Source: Callorhinchus milii
Taxonomy: Eukaryota
Direction: 5' to 3'
NCBI RefSeq assembly: GCF_018977255.1
Contig: NW_024704742.1
Span: 107,014,001 to 107,078,000 of the forward strand
Length of the DNA: 64,000 nt
Shown: piece after piece, positions 1-12,999 of the stretch
Numbering within the stretch: position 1 is the first letter of the stretch
Layout: the number at the start of each line of letters is the position of its first letter
Translations under genes and position numbers: made by a program
Notes under the pieces: generated by a model
What the model saw: only the letters and a program-made list of their open reading frames with translations
What the model was told of the DNA's origin: nothing
Databases searched by the model: none

Positions 1-895
1 AGAATGGGAAATCCCATTAAGCACAACCAACAAAGCAATCACTAAACTTAGCCTCCTCAACCTCCACACACTTCATCCTCTGTCTCTTTCTAGTGCCTTG
101 AAATAATGATTGCACAGAGGTCAACTTCAATAAATATCACAATAGAATTATAAACCTGATTAGAGCAGACAAGATCCTGAAGCAATGGGATTTCCTTTAC
201 AAACACAACAAATCACAAGAGCCCTGACAGCAAAAGGCTTTCACTCAAGGTGACTCAATCACAGTATGTTAAGCACACAATCTGATGACAGCATGTATGT
301 TGTGGTCTGGTCCATATAAAATCAAGGAACTCAATTTACTTAATTTATTGTAGGCATAAGGGGTGAAAATTGGGGAGAGGGAAGCAGCTGCAGGGAGGGA
401 GGACTCCGGCCTACATTGACCTATTGCTCAGAATCCTGAAAGTGGAGTTAATTTCACAGTGAGCACATTTGTTTAGCAAGAGGACTGGGCTTAAGCAGCT
501 AGTGGACTTCAACCTCTAGGTCTTCCCACCACACTGGATATTAATAATATAATAATCCTTACATTTGGTATAACACCTTTCAATTGAGAGAACATCTCAA
601 AGTGCTTTACACAATATACTGAAAAGTTGAGTGATTGTGGGTTTTGTGGGTGAACACAAGAGCCAATTTGCACCCCGCAATGTCCTACAAACAGCCATGA
701 AATGAATGACTCATTTTATCTGGGGAATTGCTGGCCAGGACACTGGAAAAACTCCCTTCTCATTTTAATAGCACCATGGGAATCGATCATCCACTGAACT
801 AGATGCTAGTGATGTGCTAGCTGAATTCAGGTATCTGTGGTATAGTTGATCAGGAAACTGAGGCTATGGATGGCATCAAGTTGTTGAAAACACAC

Positions 896-2057
896 TGTTA
901 GGAAAAATGAATCCCGGGTTCAAAAAACTCGACAAATACCAAATATGGCACACCTTTGAATGCTTTATTTTGATACCCAACAGGTAATATCAATCATACA
1001 ATACAAAGAAAGGTAAATGAACCAATAAACAATACTAGAATACAATGATTATATCAAAGTTGAATGATTATACTTGACTATTATATTAAAAACACATTGG
1101 TTACATGCAGTTAAGAAACACTTATACTACCAATTTAAAGGAGTCAACAGCAGCTGTTCTTCGTCTTCCCTCCCTTGAGCCCGAGCAGCTTAGTGATATG
1201 CTCACAAACTTATGGTGACCCTCTGATCTCTGCTCCCGAACTGACTATCTCTCTTTTGAGTCGTCCTGCTCTTCTAACCATTCTCACCTAGAGGTGGGCT
1301 TGTTATACCCTTTCTCCAAGTGTTCTTTTCCTAGGGCCGCTCTACCCATTTCTGATACTGTCATGCACTCAGGTTAGTCAATCATTTGGCTTGGTGCCAT
1401 CCTGACTTGAGTCTCCACGAGGTCTTCCCTTTGTCCTGTCTAAGCCAAAATGATTGATCGGTTTAGGGCTGTATCTGGTACTCATTATTTTGTTATGTGG
1501 GATCGTTATTTTGTTATGTGGGATCGTTAGTACATTTCTTTTAAGTGAATGGTTATTTCTTCTCAGTATCCTAGGATGGTACCAAAGTCCTTCAGTTTAA
1601 ATAACTTGCTCGTTAGTTTGCTATTCTTGAGGGTTGCCTTCGGTTGTTTTGCAGGCCCTGTCAGAATCTAGAGACTTATTATTAAGCTGAGATTCTGTGT
1701 CGGCTGGTACCTTGGACCGTTACCTCTGTGGGCTTGTTGTTATCTACTGATAAGTGGTGACCTCCTGCCCTTTTCCAAAGCTATCTTGTTATTCCTTAAG
1801 AAACAGATAAAACCAGATGTGTCCTGTCCCATGTCCTGTCCCATTTAATAATAAATAATAATAATAATCCTTGCATTTGATATAGCGCTTTTCATGTCTT
1901 CTCGACGTCTCAAAGCGCTTAACAGAATAGATTGTAAAGTGAATGACTGTATATTTGTGGGGGAAACATAACATAAAATCATACATTTTATACATGTTCG
2001 CATAACATAATCCTGAATAATATTCCATTATAAATTCCTTGTACTGTTATACCAACA
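896..2057 (-). mobile_element. Candidate solo LTR, interrupted by a SINE 3' fragment
   Basis: Ends TGTTAGG...CCAACA (TG..CA with a short inverted repeat). Flanks ACAC/ACCC form a near-perfect 4-bp TSD. Minus-strand AATAAA at 964-969 and a TATA-like motif at about 1300-1310. Confidence 0.55.
1845..1961 (-). mobile_element. 5'-truncated Deu-type SINE tail
   Basis: Reverse complement of the shared ...GACATGAAAAGCGCTATATCAAATGCAAGG(ATT)n tail. Confidence 0.85.
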
Positions 2058-2175
2058 ACCCTCATATATCCTTGCCTTGGTATCCACGTTAATTGGTAAG
2101 CAGCTGCTGCTCAAGCTCCTCATCAGAACAGTTGGACTATTTCTCAATGGGTATCTGAGCTGTGGGCAGGACGAT

Positions 2176-3331
2176 AACAACAACAACAACAAAATTACAT
2201 GTCTACAGCGTCTTTCACATTGGGAGGTTATCCCAAAGCGCTGTACAGTCAGTGTTTTGGACCCGAGCTGGGGGTCGGGATTGGAGAGAGTGGAGGTTAA
2301 TGGGGGAAGGAGGATGATCGAAAGCATGGTCAAAGAGGAGGGTCTCAGAGGTAGGGGGGAGCAAGATCATGGAGGGCTTTGAAGGTGAGGACCAGGATCT
2401 TGAACTGTATCCTCTGTGTGATGGGACGCCAGTGGAGTTGAGCGAACATGGGGGTGATAGGGTCACAGAGCCTAGTGCAGGAGAAGACACGGGCTGCAGA
2501 GTTCTGGTTGATCTGCAGCCTATGGAGGGAGGGGTTGGGGAGGCCGACAAGCGAGGAGTTTGCATAGAGAAACTACGATGTAATGAGTGCATATATGAGG
2601 GTTTTGGCGGCCTGCAGTGTGAGACATGGTGGAGTCGGGCCATGTTGCGGAGGTGGTGGAAGGCAGGGATTCATAGCATGGATGTGGGATAGAAAGGATA
2701 GTTGAGGGTCAAACAAGATGCCAAGGTTCCGGACTGGCTCAATGAGACGGAATGTCCATCCATGGATGGTGATCCTGTCATCGCCTGAGGTGAGGAGGCG
2801 CTGACGGGAGCCAATTAGGAGAGCCTCGGTCTTGTTGACGTTCAACTGAAGAAAGTTAGCTCTCATCCAGGACTTGATGTCTGACAGACATTTTGTCGGG
2901 ACAGCAGTGGTCCTGGAAACAAGGATGGAGGCAGAGAGGTAGAGTTGGGTGTCATCCGCATACATGTGGAAGTTGACCCCATGTCTGCGGATGATGTCAC
3001 CAAGAAGGAGCATATAGATATTGAAGAGGAGGGGACCAAGGACAGAGCCCTGAGGAATGCCACACAAGTTAGTGTAGGGGCTAGAGAAGAAGCCATTTGT
3101 GGAAATGAAGTGGAGGCGGTGTAAGAGGTACGATCTGAACCAGTCAAGGATGGAGCCTTGAAGGTTGAGGTGAGAGGAGAGGTGGTGGATGAGGATAAAG
3201 TGGTCAATGGTGTTGAAGGCAGCAGAGAGGTCAAGGAAGACAAGGAGGCAGAGGGAGCCCTGGTTACAGATTATCAGAATGTCATTTGTCATTTTGACCA
3301 GGGCTGTTTCTGTGCTGTGCATGGAAATCCG
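2176..3331 (-). mobile_element. L2-clade LINE, 5'-truncated, decayed RT and 3' end
   Basis: ORF 2573..3520 contains [34 protein letters not shown] and YADDTQLY. The element ends in a (GTT)n tail. Confidence 0.93.
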
Positions 3332-4429
3332 ATGATGATGCCAATGCGGTAACATATTTGATGCTGAGTTGTGCTTCTCAACTGGAAGCTTGCAGGGTAT
3401 TTGTGGTACCTGCCACCCACCTTGTAGAGGGCCAGACCAATCACTGGGAGCTGATTCTTCCCACTCAGCTGTTAATCCTACAAACCATAGCCTTTGAGTA
3501 ATTTTCAAATGCTTTGCCATTTATTTGTATGGAGAGACCTGATTGAATTTCATGCAAGGAAGAAGAGGCTCTCTTGTTTTGATGGTTTTGGTAGGTCACA
3601 AGCAATTTGAATTGTGGCAGTTTTAGTCCAATGTGTAGCAGCTTTGCTCTGAATTAGATAGTTTTGATCAATGGCTGAAATACCTGACACTGCCATTAAT
3701 TTGGACACATTCCCAACAAACAGCCATGAAGTGAATGACCAATTTTATTTAGGGGATTGTTGACCAATTGTTGACTTCTCTTTTTAATAGTGCTATGGGA
3801 TCATTAACATTCATCTGAACAGGCAGACTGGACCTATGTTTATCATCTCATTTGAAGCATGGATTAGCATGAATGAAACTCAACTATGCAAACGTAAGGA
3901 AAGTAAGAAAAAAAATCATTACAGCCACAAAGCTGTAACAACAACAACTTGCCTTTATATAGCACCCTTCACATGGGTAGGGTCTCAGATTGCTCAAAAG
4001 CAGGGGTGCAGGGGTGGGGGTGGTGGAGTTATGGAGGGGGTGTGACCTGCTGCCCTGAGTTAAAAAGCTAGCTGGTGAGGCCAGAGCTGGACCATCAGTG
4101 AGTCATATGACTTTCAAACCAAAAGGAATTTTCAGAAAAGTGTGGACCTGGGACTCGTGCTCCTGCGGAGCAGACTGGCTGTACTATAAAGACATTTTCT
4201 AAATGGGGCAAGCTCTCAGTGGGAATCTGTAGCAACTGAATGGGCTAATTTATGTCTGCAATTGGATCGAAGGTGAAAGATCTGATCATGGACCTTTGAG
4301 AGACACCTGCACATGGACCTCAGCACAAGTGCCATCATTGTCTAGCACTGGGACCTCAAAAGATCTAGGTTGAAGGGGGTAAGGTGGAAGCTCACGTTAT
4401 TAATGTAGTTAAGGCCATTGCTTTCCGGG

Positions 4430-5018
4430 AGTAAGAATCCCTCCCCTTCAAATAATTTGGTCACTCAATCTATGACTGTTTGTGGGACAATGCTGTGCAC
4501 AATTGGCTGCTGTGTTTTGCCCACAAGATATTCAGTCAATTCACATTACAATATATTCTGTGAAGCACTGTGAGATGCCTCAATGATGTGATAAGATGCT
4601 ATATCAAATGCAAGGATTATTATTTATTATTATTATAATTAGGTACATATGTGGGAGGTACGTGTGGTTATCTGGATGCTGGCCAGACAATTAACTTGTG
4701 ATCTCAATTCCAGACCAAGGGAAATACCCTCAAAGTCCATATTTCACAGAACAGTATGTTCTGTGAAGCGCTTTGGGACGTCCTCCCGACGTGAAAAGCG
4801 CTATATCAAATGCAAGGATTATTATTATTATTATTATAAATTGGTCGTTTTAAATCTACGACTGTTTGTGGGACATTGCTGTGCGCAATTGGCTGCCGCG
4901 TTCGCCCACAAATATACAGTCAATTCACTTTACAGTATGTTCTGTGAAGCGCTTTGGGACGTCCTCCCGACGTGAAAAGCGCTATATCAAATGCAAGGAT
5001 TATTATTATTATTATTAT
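4430..5018 (+). mobile_element. Cluster of three 5'-truncated Deu-SINE copies or tails
   Basis: Deu core TGTGGGACATTGCTGTGCGCAATTGGCTGCCGCGTT. Three (ATT)n tails end at about 4637, 4837 and 5018. Confidence 0.88.
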
Positions 5019-5477
5019 ATGAAGTCAGAACTAGAGCCTTCAACATCTCCTGAACAACAATGATCTCCTGTAGCATAACTGCTGGTGAGCTATTGAACGA
5101 GAGGAACAAATTTCTCAAGAGGCAAATAACATGCCGTTATAAATGGACTTTCTTATCGCAACACTTATGATGACGTGTTCCAAGAAACATGCTTGTTCCA
5201 TTTTAAGATCACTGGCTGCAAATTCTGTACAGAATTTATCTAATTAGTGATGGAACTTTGGAACATTTTGCTTGGCAGATAGGACACATATTTTCACTTT
5301 GGATGCACATGATACACAAGATCCCAAATAATTGAGATCAGAGTGTAGTACAGTACAAGAATTCTCTACAGCATTGCATGGATGTAGTTAACCTGTTTGT
5401 AGTAGTCTTATGTACCATTGTATTGAAGTTAACAAGCTTTCTGTGTATTCATTAACAGAAATGGTTTTCTCTCACAT

Positions 5478-5775
5478 TTAGTTTTCTTACTTCACATGCG
5501 TCTGTTTACCTTGCAGTAAGCAGGAACCCGGTTGTTAGTCGATTGGCCGATCACTTTTCCGGGGGCTAATAATTCCTTCCAAAAAAATACTACTAATAAT
5601 AATTTGGTCACTTAATCCACGACTGTTTATGGGACACTGGTGTACGCAATTGGCTGCCACATTTTGCCCACAAAATACAGTCAATTCACTTTACAGTGTA
5701 TTCTTTGAAGCACTTTGAGACGTCTCAAAGATGTGATAAGGCGCTATATCAAATGCAAGTATTATTATTATTATT
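5478..5775 (+). mobile_element. Deu-SINE, older long subtype
   Basis: Deu core, stem-loop tail and (ATT)n, with an extra internal segment (CTGTTTACC...GTCGATT...GATCACTTTT). Confidence 0.82.
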
Positions 5776-8700
5776 TACAGCAATAGGGGAGGGGGAAGGA
5801 ATTGGTTTACTTAATTTCTTGTGGGGTAAAATGTTGTGCTTATTGAAATGTGGCATGTCAGTGCTGGAAATAATTCACGTTTTGCACCCATTGTTACCAG
5901 GAAGTCTTTTCTTGTGATCTTCAACATCGGTTACATTTAGTGTAAAGATCATTTTACAGAATCCCAAAATATTTCTTATTGCTATTTTCAGAACTGCATC
6001 CTCAAATATGCAAAAAAAAATCTTTCATGCCTGGATTCACCCCTGGAGGATTTCCTAAAATTATAGGATATACTGGAAAGTGGTGTGACTGAGCGGTTTG
6101 TGGGCAAACACGGCAGCCAATTGCGCACAACAATATCCCACGAACAGCCGTGAAGTGAATGACCAATTCTATTTTGGGGGATTGTTCTCCCTCAAAGATG
6201 TTTACATACATCTAACTTCTCACTAAAATCAGCAGTCCCAGGCATGTTGGGCTCCAAGATCTTTTAAAAACATTTCTGGATTATGTTTTCAAACAGTTGA
6301 TTTTAAGGTTCCCAATAGAATAATAATGAACAAGAAATATATTCCGTAAGCAGCATTCTGCTCAACACAGCAAAGAAAAATAAATCAGAAGTGGTCTCCA
6401 AACCAGCCTCAGGTTTCAGTTTAAGTTCTGTAGTCAACTCTATGGTCCTGATGTAAATACAGCAGTGTTACTACCCACTGTTTTAAGATAAGTGTTTAAG
6501 TAGCTTTTATTTACATAATGATAATAGAGATAACAGGTGCATTACAAATTCTAGTATTCAGAGTAAGCTTTCTTTTCGTACAATTTGCCAGAGGGTTGAA
6601 GATAGATGATACAAAAGTTCTTTCTAACAAACGACTATTGAGCAGATAATTCTGAAATGAATAATAAGGAAAGATTAAACAATAGGAATTATTTCAACTG
6701 GAAAAATAGTAAAATTATGCTATTATAATTTTGAAGCTACTCGATGAATTTATGATTTGTAAATTGCACGAGTGTTTGCTTTATACATTAATTTACTGCC
6801 TGTGGATATTCAGAAAATCCATTTTCTCAGACTGTGCTATAAAGTGTCACAGTCCGTTTGCCTCAATCTTGTGCTTCATGCTTATTCAAGGTTACATATT
6901 TATCAACATACAATATGATGTCAAAGAAAAGAAGATATAACAGAAAACATGTCTTCTGCCATGAAGCTGAATGATATGAGCAGGGCATCATTAGCAAAGA
7001 GCAATATTTTAAACCAGCAGTTTAAACCAGCAGACTGATTAGTAGAGGCTGCACATTGCCAACAAATCACACCGTCACTGCTCTTTACAGTTTATTCTAT
7101 GAAATGCTTTGAGACCTCCTCCTGATTTGAAAGACGCTATACCAAATGTAAACATTATTATTATTATATTATTACTGAATAGTGCAGCAGCAAACTTAGT
7201 GTATCATATCTTGTGCTATTTGTGGCTAACCTCGTTACATTAAGAAGTTAATCGCACGGAAATGTAATGCCTTATTTCTGCAACATTTCTTGGCTAGCAT
7301 TTCTTGTTAGGAAAAATGACGCATATTTTCCTCAGGATTAAAGCACTCACTATCCTTTGTGGAAAACATCTGAAGGTAAATTGCTCGCGTTCAATGTGAG
7401 CATTTTTAGCATCAAGTTTGCCAAAAATATTAAACTTCTGGTACAAACAGTCTCTGCGGTCACCATGACCAATAACCTGAAAAATAACTTGTGATGTTTG
7501 TATTGAAAAGAATGCAGAGTGAAATTAATGGAGAAAGAGTGGGTGGGATTACATGGCTCCAGTAGATAGCTCCAGCATAGTAGATTAAATAGCTTTTTCT
7601 GTGCTGCACACTTTCTATAATTCTAGTTTTGATATTATTATCACAATCATGCAATTGAACAGATCTGCCGTAAACTGTTTTATTGTAGCTTGCAATAAAA
7701 TCCAAAGTAAAAACAGAAATATACATCTGTTAAATCAAAAAAAGCTTTCCTTGGGGGCCAATATTGTTCTTTAGAGCAAGTTACTGCTGTCAAGATAGTC
7801 ACAAATATGATACTGAATGTCCCAGTTAATCAGCAGTTGCACATGATGGCCATGACGTTCGTCAGCCCCACAGCACATCTTCTTCTGACACACATTGTGC
7901 AAATTGAGAAGAACAAGAGCATATAAGAAGTAAGCTCTAACCAGCCACCACTGATGCACAGGGCAAACATGACAAACAAAACAAGTTCACGTGAATAATA
8001 TTAATTATTTTTGATTAGGATATAGTGCCTCTCACATAATGAGGTGATCTCAAAGAGCTTCACAGGTTTTACTGTAAAATAGTGACTGTATTTTGCAGGT
8101 GAACAGACTACCAATTTGTACGCAGCAATGTCTGAAAAGCAGCCATGAAGTGAATGATCAATTTCATCTGCAGGGTCGTTAGCCAGGACACCAGGAAAAA
8201 CTCCCTTCTCTTTTTGAATAGTGTCACGGGATCTTTAACGTCCACCTAAGCAGTCAGACAGGACCTACGAAGGCATAGCCCTTAAAATAGAACAGAAACC
8301 CTAACAATGCATGGATGGAAGGATATTCTGGAGTTTTTTTATTCGTTTGAATTTGGAATTGAGCAATATCTGAGGAGGAACTTTCATTAGAAGATAGAGC
8401 GGGTGGCATCCAGTTCATGGTAAGGTAGGTTTTAGGTGCATTGTGGAGTGGCTGGGATTAATGGGCGGTTCAGCCATCTCTTCAGAGGTAATTATTCAAT
8501 TGTTACATACAAGTCCTACAATATTATGAGACACTGAAGGTTGGTCAATTACAAAGAAATGAAACCAAGCATAATATAATACAAATAAGCAAACAATATA
8601 TACAGAAGGCCTGAAATTCGACTTGAGCATATAAGAACATTTTGTCTTAAAATTTGAGATCGCACAGAATGGTAGAAAATTTAGCCTTAACTGGAAACCA

Positions 8701-9949
8701 GTTTTCTACAAAGAAAGGCTTTCAAATTATTGATTACATTTAAGAATGTGGGACTGTTAGGCCGAGTGCCCTCCAGTGGAATAAATAGGCAGGTACATGG
8801 ATCCGGCACATTAAATTTGCTGTGATTGTTTCATTCTCAGAATCAGAATAAACACAGAAGTGGTGAACAATTCATTTTAATTTTTTGTTGACAGTTATTT
8901 GACTTATAGACAAGCAATCTTATTATTATCTCCAGCAAAAGTAGTGCACTAATAATTAATACAATACAATTTTCATTTATATTGTGCCTTTCAAGTCGGG
9001 AGGATGTCTCAAAGCGCTTAAGAAATTAAGGAACAATAACACACCAAGAAGGAGAGTCAGAACCAGTAGAAGGTCCTTTGGTACACTCCTTCCACAGACT
9101 GTGCAAATCCCACCTATCGTTGTCAGAATACGCCACTATGAGGCGCTCTGGGACCTACCCCGTATGAAGGGTGCTATATAAATGCAAGCCATTGTTGTTG
9201 TTGTCACCCCGCCCACTCTAGCTCCTGGAGGAACGTTATGTATGGATATCTTCTGTTCAGTGAAGGCAATCAAAAACTGCAGTATATTAATTTAACCCTG
9301 CATTCGCCACAATTCATACCCAGCCTCCTTCCTTTCACACACAGCAACCTACCCACTGCTGGGCCCCCAGTCTCCAATAGCACAGAAATCTGCTGCCCAA
9401 ACATCGTTTGTTCACAACAACAAACTGCATTTATATTATGCGGGTAGCGTATCAGAGCGCTTAGCAATGGTGTGGCTTATCGGCAAGCTGGAAGGAGAGG
9501 GGAGATGACCAAAGGCACAGTCAAAGAGGAAAGTCTTTAGGTGTGATTTGAAGATGGGCAAAAAGGGGGCAAGATGGAAGGATTGAGGCAAGGAGTTCCA
9601 GAGATTCAGGGCATACTGGCTAGAAACGTGGAGCAGAGAAGACCTCAGTTTGAATATCGTTATACCTCATTACACCTCCACACTATTCCAAAACAGATAC
9701 TTATTCAGATTTGAAGGAGTTGATCAACACTACATCAGCTGTTTTTGTTGGGAACCTATCCTACATGTCCACTAATCTGGAGGGGAAAAAATTTGTGATC
9801 TTTGTCCTGACTTTAGGTTTCTCAGTTTCAAATATATGCTCTCCCTTTCTGTTCACAAGGTTTACACCAAATATCCCATTCCACATACATCACCTCTGCT
9901 TCTCATCATTGTTGAGATCGAGGGCATATCTTCGGTTCAGTCGTTTTTT

Positions 9950-10295
9950 CAACAACAACAATCACAAATTACATTTGTTAAGCGCCTTTTACGTTGGGAG
10001 GATGTCCCAAGGCGCTGGAGATTCAGGGGTTTGGGATCAGGAGTGGTGGAGAACAGGGAGGGTAGGGGTAAGAGGGTGACTGAAGGCCACCGTCGAAGAA
10101 GGGGGTCTCTTGAAGATAGGCCAAGGGAGGCAAGGGAGGCGGTGAGGCGAAGGTTTGGTGGGATGGAGTTCTAAAGAGTGGAGGCAGAGAGGCTGAAGGC
10201 CTGACTATCAATGGTGGGGCAAGCTGGGTGGGGTACACGGAGCATGCCAGAGCCTGCTGAGTGGAAGGAGGGGACAGGTTGCTATGGAATGAGAA
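9950..10295 (-). mobile_element. L2 3' fragment
   Basis: (AAC)n followed by a 3' end similar to the copies at 2176 and 52198. Confidence 0.8.
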
Positions 10296-10514
10296 TAGTG
10301 AGCCTCTCTTTATAATTCATAATTCTCTTTATAATAATTAGTCAAATTTGATTTACGTTTGGCATGTTCATCTGCATGGTGGGTTATACCTGTTCTGTGG
10401 GTTATTCCAAATAATTTACACACATGAAGTTTGTTATAATCTTTGCATTTGATGTGGCATCATAGAACCTCAAAGCCTGGTGTGACGACAGTTAACGACA
10501 GTTTGTGGCAGACA

Positions 10515-10895
10515 TTTTGAGAGGGACCTAATAGAAATGCTTAAAATTATAAAAGGGTTTGATGAGGCTAACATAAATAGGCTGCTTCCACTGGTTGGGG
10601 AATCTTTAACCAGGGAACACGAATATAATATAGCGACTAGTGGATTAAAAGAGAATTTAGGAGGAACTACTAGACGGGAAGGGCAGTGATATCATGGAAC
10701 TTGCTGCTTGAAGTGGTGATTGAATAACACAGTATAGATGCCTTCAAGAGGAAGCGAGACCTTCACATGAGTGAGAGAGGTTTGGGAGGGAGTAAAGAGT
10801 GGGTGAAGTTTTGTGTGGAGTATAAACACTGGCATGGACTGATTGAGCCAAGTGGCCTGTTTCCTTGCTGTACATTCTTTGTAAATCTATGTAAT
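10515..10895 (+). mobile_element. Decayed CR1 LINE 3' fragment
   Basis: Encodes an LRGDLIEMLKIIKGFD-like segment. The 3' UTR (ATAAACACTGGCATGGACT...GGCCTGTTTCC) resembles 41940-42020. Confidence 0.8.
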
Positions 10896-12413
10896 TGCAG
10901 AGCTCTCAATCCAAGCTTTTCTCTGAATCCCCGCTAATTTCTCATTAAAACTAGAGTTAAGCTAAGATCAAAACTGCCCACAATATTCTAACTGTGACAT
11001 CTCCAGTGATCCATGCAAAGCAAGAATCATTTTGTTTGATCTACGGTCAAAACACCTCTAAAGGAAACCAAGCATTTGATCAGCTTTGTTGAAGCAGCTT
11101 CATGTATTGACTGGAAGCCTTCTGCTACTCAAATCTTCATCCTTCCTACATCTGGTAATGGACAGTACTTCACATGTTTACTGTTCCGATATGTATCAGC
11201 TAACATTCAGCTGCCTCTCTTTGCTCATCTGTACAATTGATCCAGATTTTCTTAAATGCTGTTTATTGTTAAATATTCACCTACCCACAGAGGTTGTTAT
11301 TATCAACAAATTGTATATTGTAAGAACCTTTCTCCTTTAAATCATTTATGAAAAGTGTGGACAGCAAGGGATCCATAATAGACCAATGCGGAGCTAAATT
11401 TCATCATCATCCTCCTTATATTTGATATCGCACCATTCATGTCAGCAGGACGTCTCAAAGCGCTTCACTGGATTTATTGAAATGTGTAGTGGCTCCACTT
11501 TTTGTGGGCAAAATTTCCCCAGCCAGAACTTTTTCTATTTCTTATCATCTTCTGCTTCCTGTTACTGAGTCATGTGGCTGGGCATTTGGCCATATAAAGA
11601 AACATATTTTCATTCAATTTTTTTATGATAAAAAAAATTGCACTTCACATACATACTTCACTCTTCTGTAGAACTGGAGACCTTACAATAATAGCGACTT
11701 GTGTTTAGTAGGCAACACTTTTTCATTAAACTATATTAATGAAAATATAATTGCATCCCTTGTTACACTTCAACCAATTATAAAAATAATAGTGCAGATG
11801 AAACGATCAATACTGAACAGTCTACACTCCATTCGATTTAAGTAGGAGGCTCACCAGCCAAATGAAATCCAATATTGTAGTAAACCAACTAATGAGTTAA
11901 CCTGGGGCATCCAAAGTCAAGTTATAGCTTTGTGGGCAAACATTACTGGAAAACATTATTTCTTCAAGGAGTGTTTCATTAAATAGCTTGTGGAATGTCA
12001 TGTAGTAAATCTTACCATTACCTTCTCTGGTTTGCAGTTGATTTATCAAACTTCATTCAGTGTAAAAATGAGAAAATAAAATTGCAACAAAGGGTTGTTT
12101 TTTTAAATTATTTTCCAGAATTTGAACCTGGAAAAAAATAAGGCTCATTGTATGTGTAACTGGTACATAGGTAGTTCGGGACATATGTGCATGCTACCGC
12201 CAGTAGGGTGGAAAGGGAACTAGATGGACCTTGGTTTTTTTTCATCTAGCATTTCTTCTGTTCTTATGTTCTAATTGGTATGAGAGTGGTAAAAGGGTGA
12301 CACTGATAACATTAAAGTTGAAATCTTTAAGTTAAATAGAATTCATAATATATAAGACATATAACATGATACTAGATAAATCTCGTCTTCTCACCTACTA
12401 TTCTCCTATGTAT

Positions 12414-12998
12414 GTCAGCCTGGTTTAGTTAGTAGCACTCTCGCCTTTGAGTCAGAAGGTTGTAACTTGAAACCACACAACTTTGAAATCAAATAGTCTC
12501 TAGGGTAATACTCCAATGCCCAATGCAGTGCTGGCAGGGTAGTGGGATGGGGGGTGTGGGGGGGAGGTGGGGGGGTGGGGTAGCATTGTTAGAATTTCTG
12601 TCCTTTGGATGAGATGTTAAACCGAAATACACCTCAGGTGCTGGCCGTATCTCCATCCAGGATGCACACTCCACCTCACTGAGCTAGTCCAGAACCTTGG
12701 CATCTTGTTTGACCCTCAACTGTCCTTTCTACCCCACATCTGTGCCATGACCCACTCTGTCTTCGTCAACCTCGCAACATCATCCAACTCCACCACTACC
12801 TCTCCCCTCAGGCTGCCGATACCCTCATTTAAGTGGATGGTAAAGACCCAAGCTAAAAATCCCCCAAATTATATTGATCATTCATTTGATGGTTGCTTGC
12901 GGAACACTGTCATGTGCATATTAGCTCCTGTGTTTATCTACGATATACACAGTCACAACACTTTACCATGAATCCTCAGGAACCATTTCAGACATTTT
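12414..12998 (+). mobile_element. SacSINE1-like tRNA-derived DeuSINE carrying an L2 fragment at 12629-12828
   Basis: Head GTCAGCCTGGTTTAGTTAGTAGCACTCTCGCCTTTGAGTCAGAAGGTTGT, body GGATGAGATGTTAAACCGA and a decayed Deu core. A tail remnant resumes at about 14479-14515. Confidence 0.75.
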
Positions 12999-12999
12999 C

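Noticed and set aside
2573..3520. 315-aa reverse transcriptase ORF as a retron-like or domesticated gene
   Set aside because: It is a truncated L2 ORF2 fused to flanking sequence, frameshifted at the C-terminus, and has no endonuclease domain.
4649..5063. Recurrent peptide ...SVKRFGTSSRREKRYIKCKDYYYY in many ORFs
   Set aside because: It is the translated SINE tail, not a gene family.
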